In this document: positions 47,355 to 55,622 of the stretch, piece by piece
How positions within the stretch are numbered: position 1 is the first letter of the stretch
Layout: each line of letters begins with the position of its first letter
Source: an uncultured Rhodospirillaceae bacterium
GTDB lineage: Bacteria > Pseudomonadota > Alphaproteobacteria > GCA-2731375
Direction: 5' to 3'
Assembly (NCBI GenBank): GCA_964590195.1
Contig: CAZPWJ010000011.1
Coordinates: forward strand, 5,835 to 69,834
DNA: 64,000 nucleotides
Position numbers and translations under genes: made by a program
Notes under the pieces: model-generated
The model's input: the letters and a program-made list of their open reading frames with translations, nothing else
Told to the model about the DNA's origin: nothing
The model's database searches: none

Positions 47355-48116
47355 ATGGACTTAGGATTGAAGGGCAGACGGGCCATGGTCACCGGCGGCA
47401 GCAGGGGCATTGGCCGGGCCATCGCCAACCGGCTGGCCATGGAAGGGGCCGATGTGGCGATCTGTGCCCGCAATGGCGATGAAGTCGCCGAAGCCGTGAC
47501 CGCCCTGCAAGGCATGGGCGTGCGAGCCACCGGCGACGCCGTCGACGTCAGCGACGGCCCGGCCCTGAAAGCCTGGATCGACAGCGCCGCAAATGAGCTG
47601 GGCGGCCTGGATATCCTGGTGCCGAATGTATCCGCCATGGCCGGCGAGCATACCGAGGAAGCCTGGCGCGGCGCCTTTGAAATCGACGTCATGGGCACCA
47701 TCAATACGGTCGATGCGGCCCTGCCCTATCTGGAAAAATCCGACGCCGGCGCCATCGTCACCATCAATTCCGTCGCCGCCCTGCAATATTTCGGCGGCGT
47801 GCGCCCCTACAACACGTTGAAGGCCGCCCTGGTCAATCACATGTCGAACCTGGCCCACCAACTGGCGCCCAAGGGCATCCGCGTCAACTCCGTCTCTCCC
47901 GGCACGATCTATTTCAAGGGCGGCGTCTGGCATACGCGCGAAGTGGAAACGCCGGAAATCTATAAAGGCGCCCTGGCCATGAATCCCATGGGCCGCATGG
48001 GCACGCCGGAAGAAGTCGCCAATGCCGCGGTGTTTCTGTGCAGCCCCATGGCCAGCTTCATATCGGGCAGCAATCTGCTGGTCGACGGCGCCATGACGCC
48101 CAGCGTGCAGTACTAA
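47355..48116 (+). CDS. SDR family oxidoreductase
   Basis: 253 aa. TGGSRGIG and the YNTLK catalytic pair. It is a paralog of the next gene. Confidence 0.9.
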   Translation: MDLGLKGRRAMVTGGSRGIGRAIANRLAMEGADVAICARNGDEVAEAVTALQGMGVRATGDAVDVSDGPALKAWIDSAANELGGLDILVPNVSAMAGEHTEEAWRGAFEIDVMGTINTVDAALPYLEKSDAGAIVTINSVAALQYFGGVRPYNTLKAALVNHMSNLAHQLAPKGIRVNSVSPGTIYFKGGVWHTREVETPEIYKGALAMNPMGRMGTPEEVANAAVFLCSPMASFISGSNLLVDGAMTPSVQY

Positions 48117-48121
48117 GCGGC

Positions 48122-48883
48122 ATGGACCTGCGGCTAAAGGGCCGAAAGGCCATGGTCACCGGCGCCACCAAGGGTATCGGCCGGGCCATCGCCGAACGCC
48201 TGGCAACGGAAGGCGCCGATCTGGCGATCTGCGCCCGTAACGGCGACGATGTGGCGGAAACCGTCGCCGCCTTGCAAGACATGGGCGTACGGGCCACGGG
48301 CGCCGCCGTCGATGTAGGCGATGAAGCGGCCCTGCGGGCCTGGATCGACGCTGCGGCGAACGAACTGGGCGGCCTGGATGTGCTGGTGCCGAATGTCTCG
48401 GCCATCGTCGTCGGCAATAGTGACGAGGCCTGGCGCGGTGCCTTCGATGTCGACATCATGGGTACCATCCATACGGTCGATGGGGCCCTGCCCTATTTGG
48501 AACAATCAGACGCCGGCGCCATTGTCGGCATCAGCACTGTTTCGGCCCTGTTTCATTTCGGCGGCGTGCGCGCCTACAACGCCATGAAAATGGCCCTGAT
48601 CAACTATCTGTCCAATCTGGCCCACGAACTGGCGCCCAGGGGCATCCGCGTTAATACGGTTTCTCCCGGCACGATCTATTTCGAGGGCGGCGTACAGCAT
48701 CAGCGCGAAGTGGAAACGCCGGAGCTGTTCCAATCCGTGCTGGAGAAGATCCCCATGGGGCGCATGGGCACGCCGCAGGAAGTCGCCGATGCCACGGTGT
48801 TTCTCTGTAGCCCCCTGGCCAGCTATATTGTCGGCAGCAATCTTTTGGTCGACGGCGGCCTGACACCCAGCGTGCAATATTAA
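48122..48883 (+). CDS. SDR family oxidoreductase (tandem paralog)
   Basis: I started at ATG 48122 (MDLRLKGRKAMVTGATKGIG). It is 253 aa and aligns without gaps to the upstream SDR. Confidence 0.9.
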   Translation: MDLRLKGRKAMVTGATKGIGRAIAERLATEGADLAICARNGDDVAETVAALQDMGVRATGAAVDVGDEAALRAWIDAAANELGGLDVLVPNVSAIVVGNSDEAWRGAFDVDIMGTIHTVDGALPYLEQSDAGAIVGISTVSALFHFGGVRAYNAMKMALINYLSNLAHELAPRGIRVNTVSPGTIYFEGGVQHQREVETPELFQSVLEKIPMGRMGTPQEVADATVFLCSPLASYIVGSNLLVDGGLTPSVQY

Positions 48884-48930
48884 TCGAACCGTTATTGAGA
48901 AAACCGTTATTCGTAGAGAGGAACAAGGCC

Positions 48931-49872
48931 ATGGCCATGAAACCGCAGTTGGTTGAATTGTTGGAAGCGATGAAGGCCCTGGGCCTCAAGCCCATGCACG
49001 AGTTAAGCCCGGTCGATGCCCGCCAGCAGATGGAGGACGGCGTCCGCGCCCGCAACAATCCGCCCCTTGAGCTTGGCGGTATCGAAGAACAGACCGTGCC
49101 TGGTCCCGCCGGCGACATTCCTGTCCGGGTCTATCGGCCGCAAGGTGTAACGGAACCGGTAGGCGCCCTGGTTTATTACCATGGCGGCGGCCATGTGATC
49201 GGCAGCATGGACACCCATGACTACGCCTGCCAGGCGATCTGCCGGGATGCGGGCATCGTGGTGATGTCCGTGGACTACCGTATGGGACCGGAGGCGAAAT
49301 TCCCCGCCGCCGTGGATGACTGCTATGCCGCCACCAAATGGCTGTCCGACAATGCCGATAGCATGGGCGTCCGCGCCGACCGGATCGCGGTGGGCGGCGA
49401 CAGCGCGGGCGGCAACCTGGCCCTGGTGACCTCGCTGCTGGCTCGCGATGACGCGGAAGGCCCGGCAATCGCCTATCAATTGCTGGTCTATCCGGTGATG
49501 GACTACACCGGCGGCACGCCGAGCTACGAGACCTATGGCAACGGCTACGGGCCGCTGGTTGCCGAATCCGTGCCCTGGTTCCGGAAACATTATCTCACCT
49601 CCGATGGCGACCTGGCGGATTGGCGCGCCTCGCCCGGCAGGGCCGAGTCTTTTGCTGGGTTACCACCGACCCTGCTGATCTCGGCGCAATGCGATATCCT
49701 GGCCCATGAAGGCCGCGAATGCGCCGAACGCCTGAACGCCGAAGGGGTCGCCTGCGAGCATGTGGATTTCGAAGGCATGATCCACGCCTTTTTCTCCATG
49801 GCGCCGCTACTGGATGATTCCATCGCGGCCCAGGCCTTGGCGGCGGAGCGCCTCAAAGCGGCCTTGTCCTAG
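48931..49872 (+). CDS. alpha/beta hydrolase, hormone-sensitive-lipase (HSL) family esterase
   Basis: The ATG at 48931 follows GAGAGGAA. It has the oxyanion HGGG motif (YYHGGGHV) and the nucleophile elbow GDSAGGN. Confidence 0.85.
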   Translation: MAMKPQLVELLEAMKALGLKPMHELSPVDARQQMEDGVRARNNPPLELGGIEEQTVPGPAGDIPVRVYRPQGVTEPVGALVYYHGGGHVIGSMDTHDYACQAICRDAGIVVMSVDYRMGPEAKFPAAVDDCYAATKWLSDNADSMGVRADRIAVGGDSAGGNLALVTSLLARDDAEGPAIAYQLLVYPVMDYTGGTPSYETYGNGYGPLVAESVPWFRKHYLTSDGDLADWRASPGRAESFAGLPPTLLISAQCDILAHEGRECAERLNAEGVACEHVDFEGMIHAFFSMAPLLDDSIAAQALAAERLKAALS

Positions 49873-49882
49873 GTGCCCGCGG

Positions 49883-51109
49883 CTAGCTGCCGCTTGGAAG
49901 CTGATCGAACGGCAACTCCTTGTCGACGCGGATATCGGCGGGCAGGCCAAGCACCCGTTCCGAGATGATATTGCGCAGAATTTCGTCCGAGCCCGCCGCG
50001 ATCCGGCCGCCCGGGGCATCCAGCAATGCCTGTTGATACATGGCCCGCATCGGCGCCATATCAGGGTCCATCATGCCGCCGCCCATATCCAGAAGATCCA
50101 TGCCGAAATGGGCGATCTCCTGCCGGCGGAAGCTGGTAACCAGCTTAGAAATGGAATTCTCCGGCCCCGGCCGCTCGCCCCGCGACAGCGCCGTCATCAG
50201 GCGCGCCCGGATCAATTTCACGCCCTGTTCCTTGATATACCAATCGGCAAGCTTTTCACGGATCGCCCCATCGGTGATCGCGGGGCCGTTTTCCAATTCG
50301 GTCATCCGAACCAGATCGAAAATCTCCTCGAAATTGGGCGCTGGTCGGACGCCGGAGCTGACCCGTTCATTCATCAAGGTTGTGATGGCGACCTGCCAGC
50401 CCTGTCCCACATCGCCAAGGCGCTGGCTGTCGGGGATACGCAGATCGGTCATGAAGACCTCGTTGAAATTCGAATAGCCCGAAATCTGTCGGATCGGTCG
50501 GACTTCAATGCCCGGCGATTTCATGTCGAGGAAGAAATAAGTCAGGCCCTTGTGCTTGGGCGCATCCGGATCGCTGCGCGTGACCAAAATCGCCATATCC
50601 GCGTAATGGGCACCCGAGGTCCAGATTTTCTGACCGTTGATAATCCAGTCATCACCGTCACGTACCGAGCGGGTGCGCAGGCCAGCGAGATCCGAACCGG
50701 CAGCGGGTTCGGAAAACAACTGACACCAGATTTCATCGCCGCGCAGGGTGGCCGGCACATAGCGTTGTTTTTGTTCCTCGGTCGCATAGGTCAGCATGGT
50801 CGGCACCGCCATGCCGTGGCTGATGTTGAAAATTGGCGGCGGGATCAGAAAGTTGGTTTCTTCCTCGGCAAATATGATCTGCTGCAGTCGCGTATCGCCA
50901 CGGCCGCCATATTCCTTTGGCAAGGCGATGCCGGAAAACCCGCCGGCGAATTTTGTCGCCTCCCAGGCCTTTGCCGCCGGGATCAACTCCGGTTCGCCGC
51001 GCTTATACTTATAGACCTTGCCGGGCGCCTTGCGCTCGGCATTGTTGTCCAGCCAGGCGCGGGCCTCGGCACGAAATTCGGCTTCTTGTGGTGTATCGTT
51101 GAAATCCAT
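49883..51109 (-). CDS. acyl-CoA dehydrogenase family protein
   Basis: 408 aa. The ACAD N/M/C domain layout and the C-terminal block GSDEILRNIISERVLGLP. Confidence 0.9.
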   Translation of the reverse strand: MDFNDTPQEAEFRAEARAWLDNNAERKAPGKVYKYKRGEPELIPAAKAWEATKFAGGFSGIALPKEYGGRGDTRLQQIIFAEEETNFLIPPPIFNISHGMAVPTMLTYATEEQKQRYVPATLRGDEIWCQLFSEPAAGSDLAGLRTRSVRDGDDWIINGQKIWTSGAHYADMAILVTRSDPDAPKHKGLTYFFLDMKSPGIEVRPIRQISGYSNFNEVFMTDLRIPDSQRLGDVGQGWQVAITTLMNERVSSGVRPAPNFEEIFDLVRMTELENGPAITDGAIREKLADWYIKEQGVKLIRARLMTALSRGERPGPENSISKLVTSFRRQEIAHFGMDLLDMGGGMMDPDMAPMRAMYQQALLDAPGGRIAAGSDEILRNIISERVLGLPADIRVDKELPFDQLPSGS

Positions 51110-51114
51110 CGCCC

Positions 51115-52245
51115 TTACTCCTCACCGACGCTGTTGCGAGCTTCAAGTTGGCTGATCAGCCGGTCTTTCCAAACCCGTTCGCCGCCCAAGGCGAGGGAAA
51201 GCAATTTAGCCCGCCGATAGTAGAGGTGACAGTCGAACTCCCAGGTAAAGCCCATGCCGCCATGGGTTTGAATATTCTCCCGAGCCGCCAAATTATAGGC
51301 CTCGCTGGCCGCGACACGCGCCGCCGCCGCCGCCGTTGGCAGATCGGGCGCGTCCGCCGCAAGCGCCCAGGCACCGTAATAGGCATTGGCGCGGGCCAGT
51401 TCCGTCGCAACGTAGATATCCGCCAGCTTATGCTTGATTGCCTGGTACGAACCGATCGCGCGTCCAAAGGCGAAACGGTTCCTGGCATAGTCCGCCGCCA
51501 TATCGAGACATGCCTGGGCACCGCCAACCTGCTCGAACGCCATCAGGATCGCGGCGCGGTTGAAAACCGCCCTCGTGATCGTCCAGCCCTCGCCGGGCTC
51601 CCCAAGCGGCTCGGCGGCGGCCCCCGCGAATGTGATCTCCGCGTGCGATCTGGTTGGGTCGATCATCTCCACGGGCTTGCGGCTGACGCCATCGCCGTCA
51701 AGATCGACAAGGAAAAGCGATGGATCGCCGCCGCTTGCCGTATTCGCCAAAACAATGGCGAAATCGGCGACGTCACCATCCGCCACCGGCACCTTCGTCC
51801 CCTCGATCACGCCGCCGCTTGCGTGAGTTTTTATCGACGCCGCGCTGGCAAGGCCGATGCCCTCCGCCACGGCCATGCAGCCGATCCGCTCGCCCATCGC
51901 AAGGGCCGGCAGATATTCCTGCTTTTGGTCCTCGCTGCCCGCCATCAACAATGCTTCCGCCGCCATATAGACGGAGGAGGAAAACGGCGTCGGCGCCAGG
52001 CTTCGCCCCAATTCCTCGGCAATAACGCACAAGTCCTCGCCGCTCAGGCCGGCACCGCCGTATTCCTCAGGGATGGCGGTTCCGATCCAACCGAGCTCGG
52101 CCATGCCGCGCCAAAGTCCCTCGTCATAGGATATTGCATCGTCTTCAAGAACCGCGCGCACGGCGGCCGGCGTTGATCTGTCGCCCAAGAATCTCTTCGC
52201 CTGATCGCGTAACAAATACTGTTCTTCTGAAAAATCGAAATTCAT
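51115..52245 (-). CDS. acyl-CoA dehydrogenase family protein
   Basis: 376 aa. IQTHGGMGFTWEFDCHLYYRRAK is a typical ACAD C-terminal block. It lies 5 nt upstream of the second ACAD. Confidence 0.9.
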   Translation of the reverse strand: MNFDFSEEQYLLRDQAKRFLGDRSTPAAVRAVLEDDAISYDEGLWRGMAELGWIGTAIPEEYGGAGLSGEDLCVIAEELGRSLAPTPFSSSVYMAAEALLMAGSEDQKQEYLPALAMGERIGCMAVAEGIGLASAASIKTHASGGVIEGTKVPVADGDVADFAIVLANTASGGDPSLFLVDLDGDGVSRKPVEMIDPTRSHAEITFAGAAAEPLGEPGEGWTITRAVFNRAAILMAFEQVGGAQACLDMAADYARNRFAFGRAIGSYQAIKHKLADIYVATELARANAYYGAWALAADAPDLPTAAAAARVAASEAYNLAARENIQTHGGMGFTWEFDCHLYYRRAKLLSLALGGERVWKDRLISQLEARNSVGEE

Positions 52246-52404
52246 GCCGTCCCCGCCTAACCGGAATTTTCGGAATTATCTGAAATCGCTCTGACCATAT
52301 TATTTTGGCGCCATCAAGCAATGCAATCCTGGAATGCGCGGCGGACATTGATACGCCGTAAAATATGCTGCATCGTGGCAAGGTAAAAAGTAAACGAGGA
52401 CGTC

Positions 52405-54462
52405 ATGACCGACAGCCAGCGCGCCAACGATCCCCTGTTACAGCCCTATCAACTAAAGCATCTGACATTGCGCAATCGCCTGATGTCCACCGGGCATGAA
52501 CCGAATTTCTCCGAAAACGGCTTACCCACGAAACGCTACCGCCTCTATCACGAGGAAAAGGCCAAGGGCGGCCTTGCCCTGACCATGACCGCCGGTTCGG
52601 CGGTGGTAAGCCCGGATTCACCGGCTTCATTCGGCAACCTGCATGCCTACAGGGACGAAATTGTCCCGCACATGCGGGATCTGACCGATGCCTGCCACGA
52701 ACATGGCTGTGCGGTGATGATCCAGATTACCCATCTGGGCCGGCGCACGGGCTGGAACCACCATGACTGGCTGCCGGTTGTCTCCCCCTCCATGGTGCGG
52801 GAGCCGGCACACCGATCCTTTCCAAAGGTCATGGAGGATTGGGATATCGCCCGCGTTCTCGACGACTATGCGGCCACCGCCCAGCGCATGCAGGCGGCAG
52901 GCCTGGACGGCATCGAGCTTGAAGCATACGGCCATCTGATCGACGCCTTCTGGTCGCCCCTGACCAACCACCGCAATGACGAATACAACGGCAGCCTCGA
53001 CAACCGCATGCGCTTTACCTTCGAGGTATTGAGCGCGATCCGAAAAGCGGTCGGCCCGGACTTCATTGTCGGCCTGCGCATGGTGGCGGATGAAGACTGG
53101 GCCGGAGGGCTGGAAGCGGAGGAAGGCCTGGAAATCGCCCAGCGTCTAAAAGGATCCGGACAGGTTGATTTCCTCAATATCATACGGGGCCATATTGATC
53201 ATGATGCTGGCCTGACAAGGGTGATCCCGATCCAGGGCATGGCCACGGCGCCGCATCTGGATTTCTCCGGCGAAATTCGCCAGGCAACCAATTTCCCGAT
53301 CTTTCATGCGGCCCGCATCGCCGATGTCGCAACCGCCCGCCATGCCATCGCGGAAGGCAAGCTGGACATGGTCGGCATGACCCGCCCGCACATGACCGAT
53401 CCGCACATCGTGCGCAAGATCGAGGCCGGCCAGGAAGACCGCATCCGGCCCTGTGTCGGTGCCACTTATTGTCTCGACCGTATCTATGAAGGGCGCGATG
53501 CCCACTGCATCCATAATGCGGCCACCGGGCGCGAGGAATTCATGCCCCAAGAGATCGCGGCAACCACGGGCCGGCGCAAGCGGGTGGTAATCGCCGGGGC
53601 CGGCCCTGCCGGCCTGGAAGCGGCCCGGGTCTGTGCCGAACGCGGCCATGACGTGGTGCTGTTCGAAGCAGCCAACAGGGCCGGCGGGCAGGTGCTTCTT
53701 GCCGCGCGTATGCAGCGGCGGGCCGAACTGATCAGCATCATCGACTGGCGGGTCGCCGAATGCGAACGCCTTGGCGTCGATATCCGCTATAACCGTTATG
53801 CCGAGGCGGCGGATATTAACGCGGAAAACCCCGACATCGTGCTGATCGCCACGGGCGGCTTGCCCAATACGGATATACTGGCCTCGGGCGCCGAGCATGT
53901 GGTCACCACCTGGGATATCCTGTCCGGCGATGTCGCGCCCGGCGAAAATGTCCTGCTGTTTGACGACAATGGTGCCTATCCCGGCATGCAGGCCGCCGAA
54001 TTCATAGCTAGAGCCGGCGCGGAGTTGGAACTGGTGACGCCCGAGCGTGTCCTGGCGCCTGAGATCGGCGGCATGAACCATGTACCCTTCGCACAAGCTT
54101 TTCAGGAATGCGGCACCCGTATAACCATCAACAGCCGGCTGCAGCGGGTGGAGCGCAACGGCAATAAACTGACGGCTCACTTATCAAGCGAATTCGCCGA
54201 GAGCATGGCGGAGAGCCGGGATGTGGATCAAGTCGTGGTGGAACATGGTACCCTGCCCCTGGACCGGCTCTATTTCGATTTGAAGCCGGCCTCGGTCAAT
54301 CTGGGCGCGGTGGATTACGATGCCCTGCTGGCCGGCCAGCCACAGGCCATCGCGGCCAACATGGCGGGAACATTCCAGCTATTCCGCATCGGCGATGCCG
54401 TCGCCTCCCGTAACATTCATGCCGCGGTCTATGATGCCCTGAGGCTGTGCAAGGATTTTTAA
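52405..54462 (+). CDS. NADH:flavin oxidoreductase, OYE-like TIM barrel fused to FAD/NAD(P)-binding domains (FadH / N-methylproline-demethylase-like)
   Basis: 685 aa. The N-terminus LKHLTLRNRLMSTGHEP...MIQITHLGRR is OYE-like, followed by a Cys cluster RPCVGATYC...HCIHN and the dinucleotide motif VVIAGAGPAGLEAA. Confidence 0.85.
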   Translation: MTDSQRANDPLLQPYQLKHLTLRNRLMSTGHEPNFSENGLPTKRYRLYHEEKAKGGLALTMTAGSAVVSPDSPASFGNLHAYRDEIVPHMRDLTDACHEHGCAVMIQITHLGRRTGWNHHDWLPVVSPSMVREPAHRSFPKVMEDWDIARVLDDYAATAQRMQAAGLDGIELEAYGHLIDAFWSPLTNHRNDEYNGSLDNRMRFTFEVLSAIRKAVGPDFIVGLRMVADEDWAGGLEAEEGLEIAQRLKGSGQVDFLNIIRGHIDHDAGLTRVIPIQGMATAPHLDFSGEIRQATNFPIFHAARIADVATARHAIAEGKLDMVGMTRPHMTDPHIVRKIEAGQEDRIRPCVGATYCLDRIYEGRDAHCIHNAATGREEFMPQEIAATTGRRKRVVIAGAGPAGLEAARVCAERGHDVVLFEAANRAGGQVLLAARMQRRAELISIIDWRVAECERLGVDIRYNRYAEAADINAENPDIVLIATGGLPNTDILASGAEHVVTTWDILSGDVAPGENVLLFDDNGAYPGMQAAEFIARAGAELELVTPERVLAPEIGGMNHVPFAQAFQECGTRITINSRLQRVERNGNKLTAHLSSEFAESMAESRDVDQVVVEHGTLPLDRLYFDLKPASVNLGAVDYDALLAGQPQAIAANMAGTFQLFRIGDAVASRNIHAAVYDALRLCKDF

Positions 54463-54468
54463 GGTGCG

Positions 54469-55554
54469 TCAGCGCACCTTGCGGATGCGCCATTCGAAGG
54501 CGTCGTCGCCATAGTCCATGCGGTCACCGATTTGCAGGGCCAGAAAACGGTTATGCTCCGCCAGGCAACCCTGCCACAGGCCGTTCCAGGCCTCGAACAC
54601 CGCAGGGTGGAGATTGTCGCGGCCACGCATCAGACGCCAGCCGCCGATACGGACCGTGGCATCATCGCCGGTGCCGCCGACCTGGGCCTCGTTATCCTGG
54701 GCAGTGGCCATGGCGGCCATGAAGTTGGCGAAATCCAGGGCGCTCTCCCCCGTGGTGTTCATTAACCCGCGAACCTCGTCGTAATACTGCCGGCCAATGA
54801 TGTTGCCCGCCAGATTGCCCAGGGCGCCGGCCTCGCCCGGCCCCAGGGTGGCAATCAGTTCGGGCAGTCCGGTCTTGATATATTCCATGGCATAGTTGCG
54901 GTTGGCCTTGTGCAGGCGCTCCACGGGCCAGGCATCCGCATTTAATTGGGGCGCTGCATCTGGATCGAAAGGCGGCGCCATTTCGCCCGGCGCGAATTGC
55001 AGGCGTTCCTCCGCCGCCAGATCGTGATCATATTCCTTGAAATATCCGGCCAGGCCGTATTCCGCCGTCATATCTTGAGAGGTGCAGACAAAGCCAAGGC
55101 GGGGATTTCCCAGGGATACGCCGTTGTGGCCGTACCAACCGCGCAGGAAACCATGGCTGACCTGCAACGGCGCGCCGCACAACGCGGTGCCGTCGTACAT
55201 CCAGCGGGGGTGGCGGAAATGCACCCAGGCCTTGTCGTCCGCCTCGTACATATATTCCACCTCCGCGCCGCCGACGGAGTTGGATAAGTAGTGGTATTGC
55301 GCCGCCGCCACCGCGTCGGGCAGCTTCTCCAAACCAAGCTTATTGAAGGAGGAGAGGAATTTTTCGTGATGTTGCCGCCGGAAAGTGCGGAATATCCATT
55401 CCCCGGCGGCATCACCGCCTTTTCGCGAGGCAACCATCAACATCAAACCGGTAAAATAGGCGTGATACAAACTGGCCACGCCCTTCCAGCAGGCCGTTGT
55501 CGAACCAGGGGCGCCACTTTGGGCCAAAATTGTGCTAAACGGATTGACTGACAT
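54469..55554 (-). CDS. hypothetical protein (no recognised domain)
   Basis: 361-aa ORF whose codon usage matches its neighbours. It is aromatic/His-rich and I could identify no motif. Confidence 0.6.
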   Translation of the reverse strand: MSVNPFSTILAQSGAPGSTTACWKGVASLYHAYFTGLMLMVASRKGGDAAGEWIFRTFRRQHHEKFLSSFNKLGLEKLPDAVAAAQYHYLSNSVGGAEVEYMYEADDKAWVHFRHPRWMYDGTALCGAPLQVSHGFLRGWYGHNGVSLGNPRLGFVCTSQDMTAEYGLAGYFKEYDHDLAAEERLQFAPGEMAPPFDPDAAPQLNADAWPVERLHKANRNYAMEYIKTGLPELIATLGPGEAGALGNLAGNIIGRQYYDEVRGLMNTTGESALDFANFMAAMATAQDNEAQVGGTGDDATVRIGGWRLMRGRDNLHPAVFEAWNGLWQGCLAEHNRFLALQIGDRMDYGDDAFEWRIRKVR

Positions 55555-55622
55555 TTATCCCTCGTGACATTCGGGCCCAGAATAACTCGTCGCCCATGAG
55601 TAATAGTAACTGATATCGCATA

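Noticed and set aside
49814-51220. 468-aa plus-strand ORF
   Set aside because: It is antisense to the 408-aa acyl-CoA dehydrogenase gene and is a shadow ORF. The same reasoning applies to 51148-52176 (+), which is opposite the second ACAD.
54461-54480. Perfect 8-bp stem / 4-nt loop hairpin (AAGGTGCG-tcag-CGCACCTT) spanning the stop codons of two convergent genes, considered as a bidirectional terminator
   Set aside because: No U-tract follows the hairpin on either transcript (the T-run lies 5' of it on the plus strand). Most of the hairpin is inside the coding end of the 54469 gene, so I kept it as an observation only.
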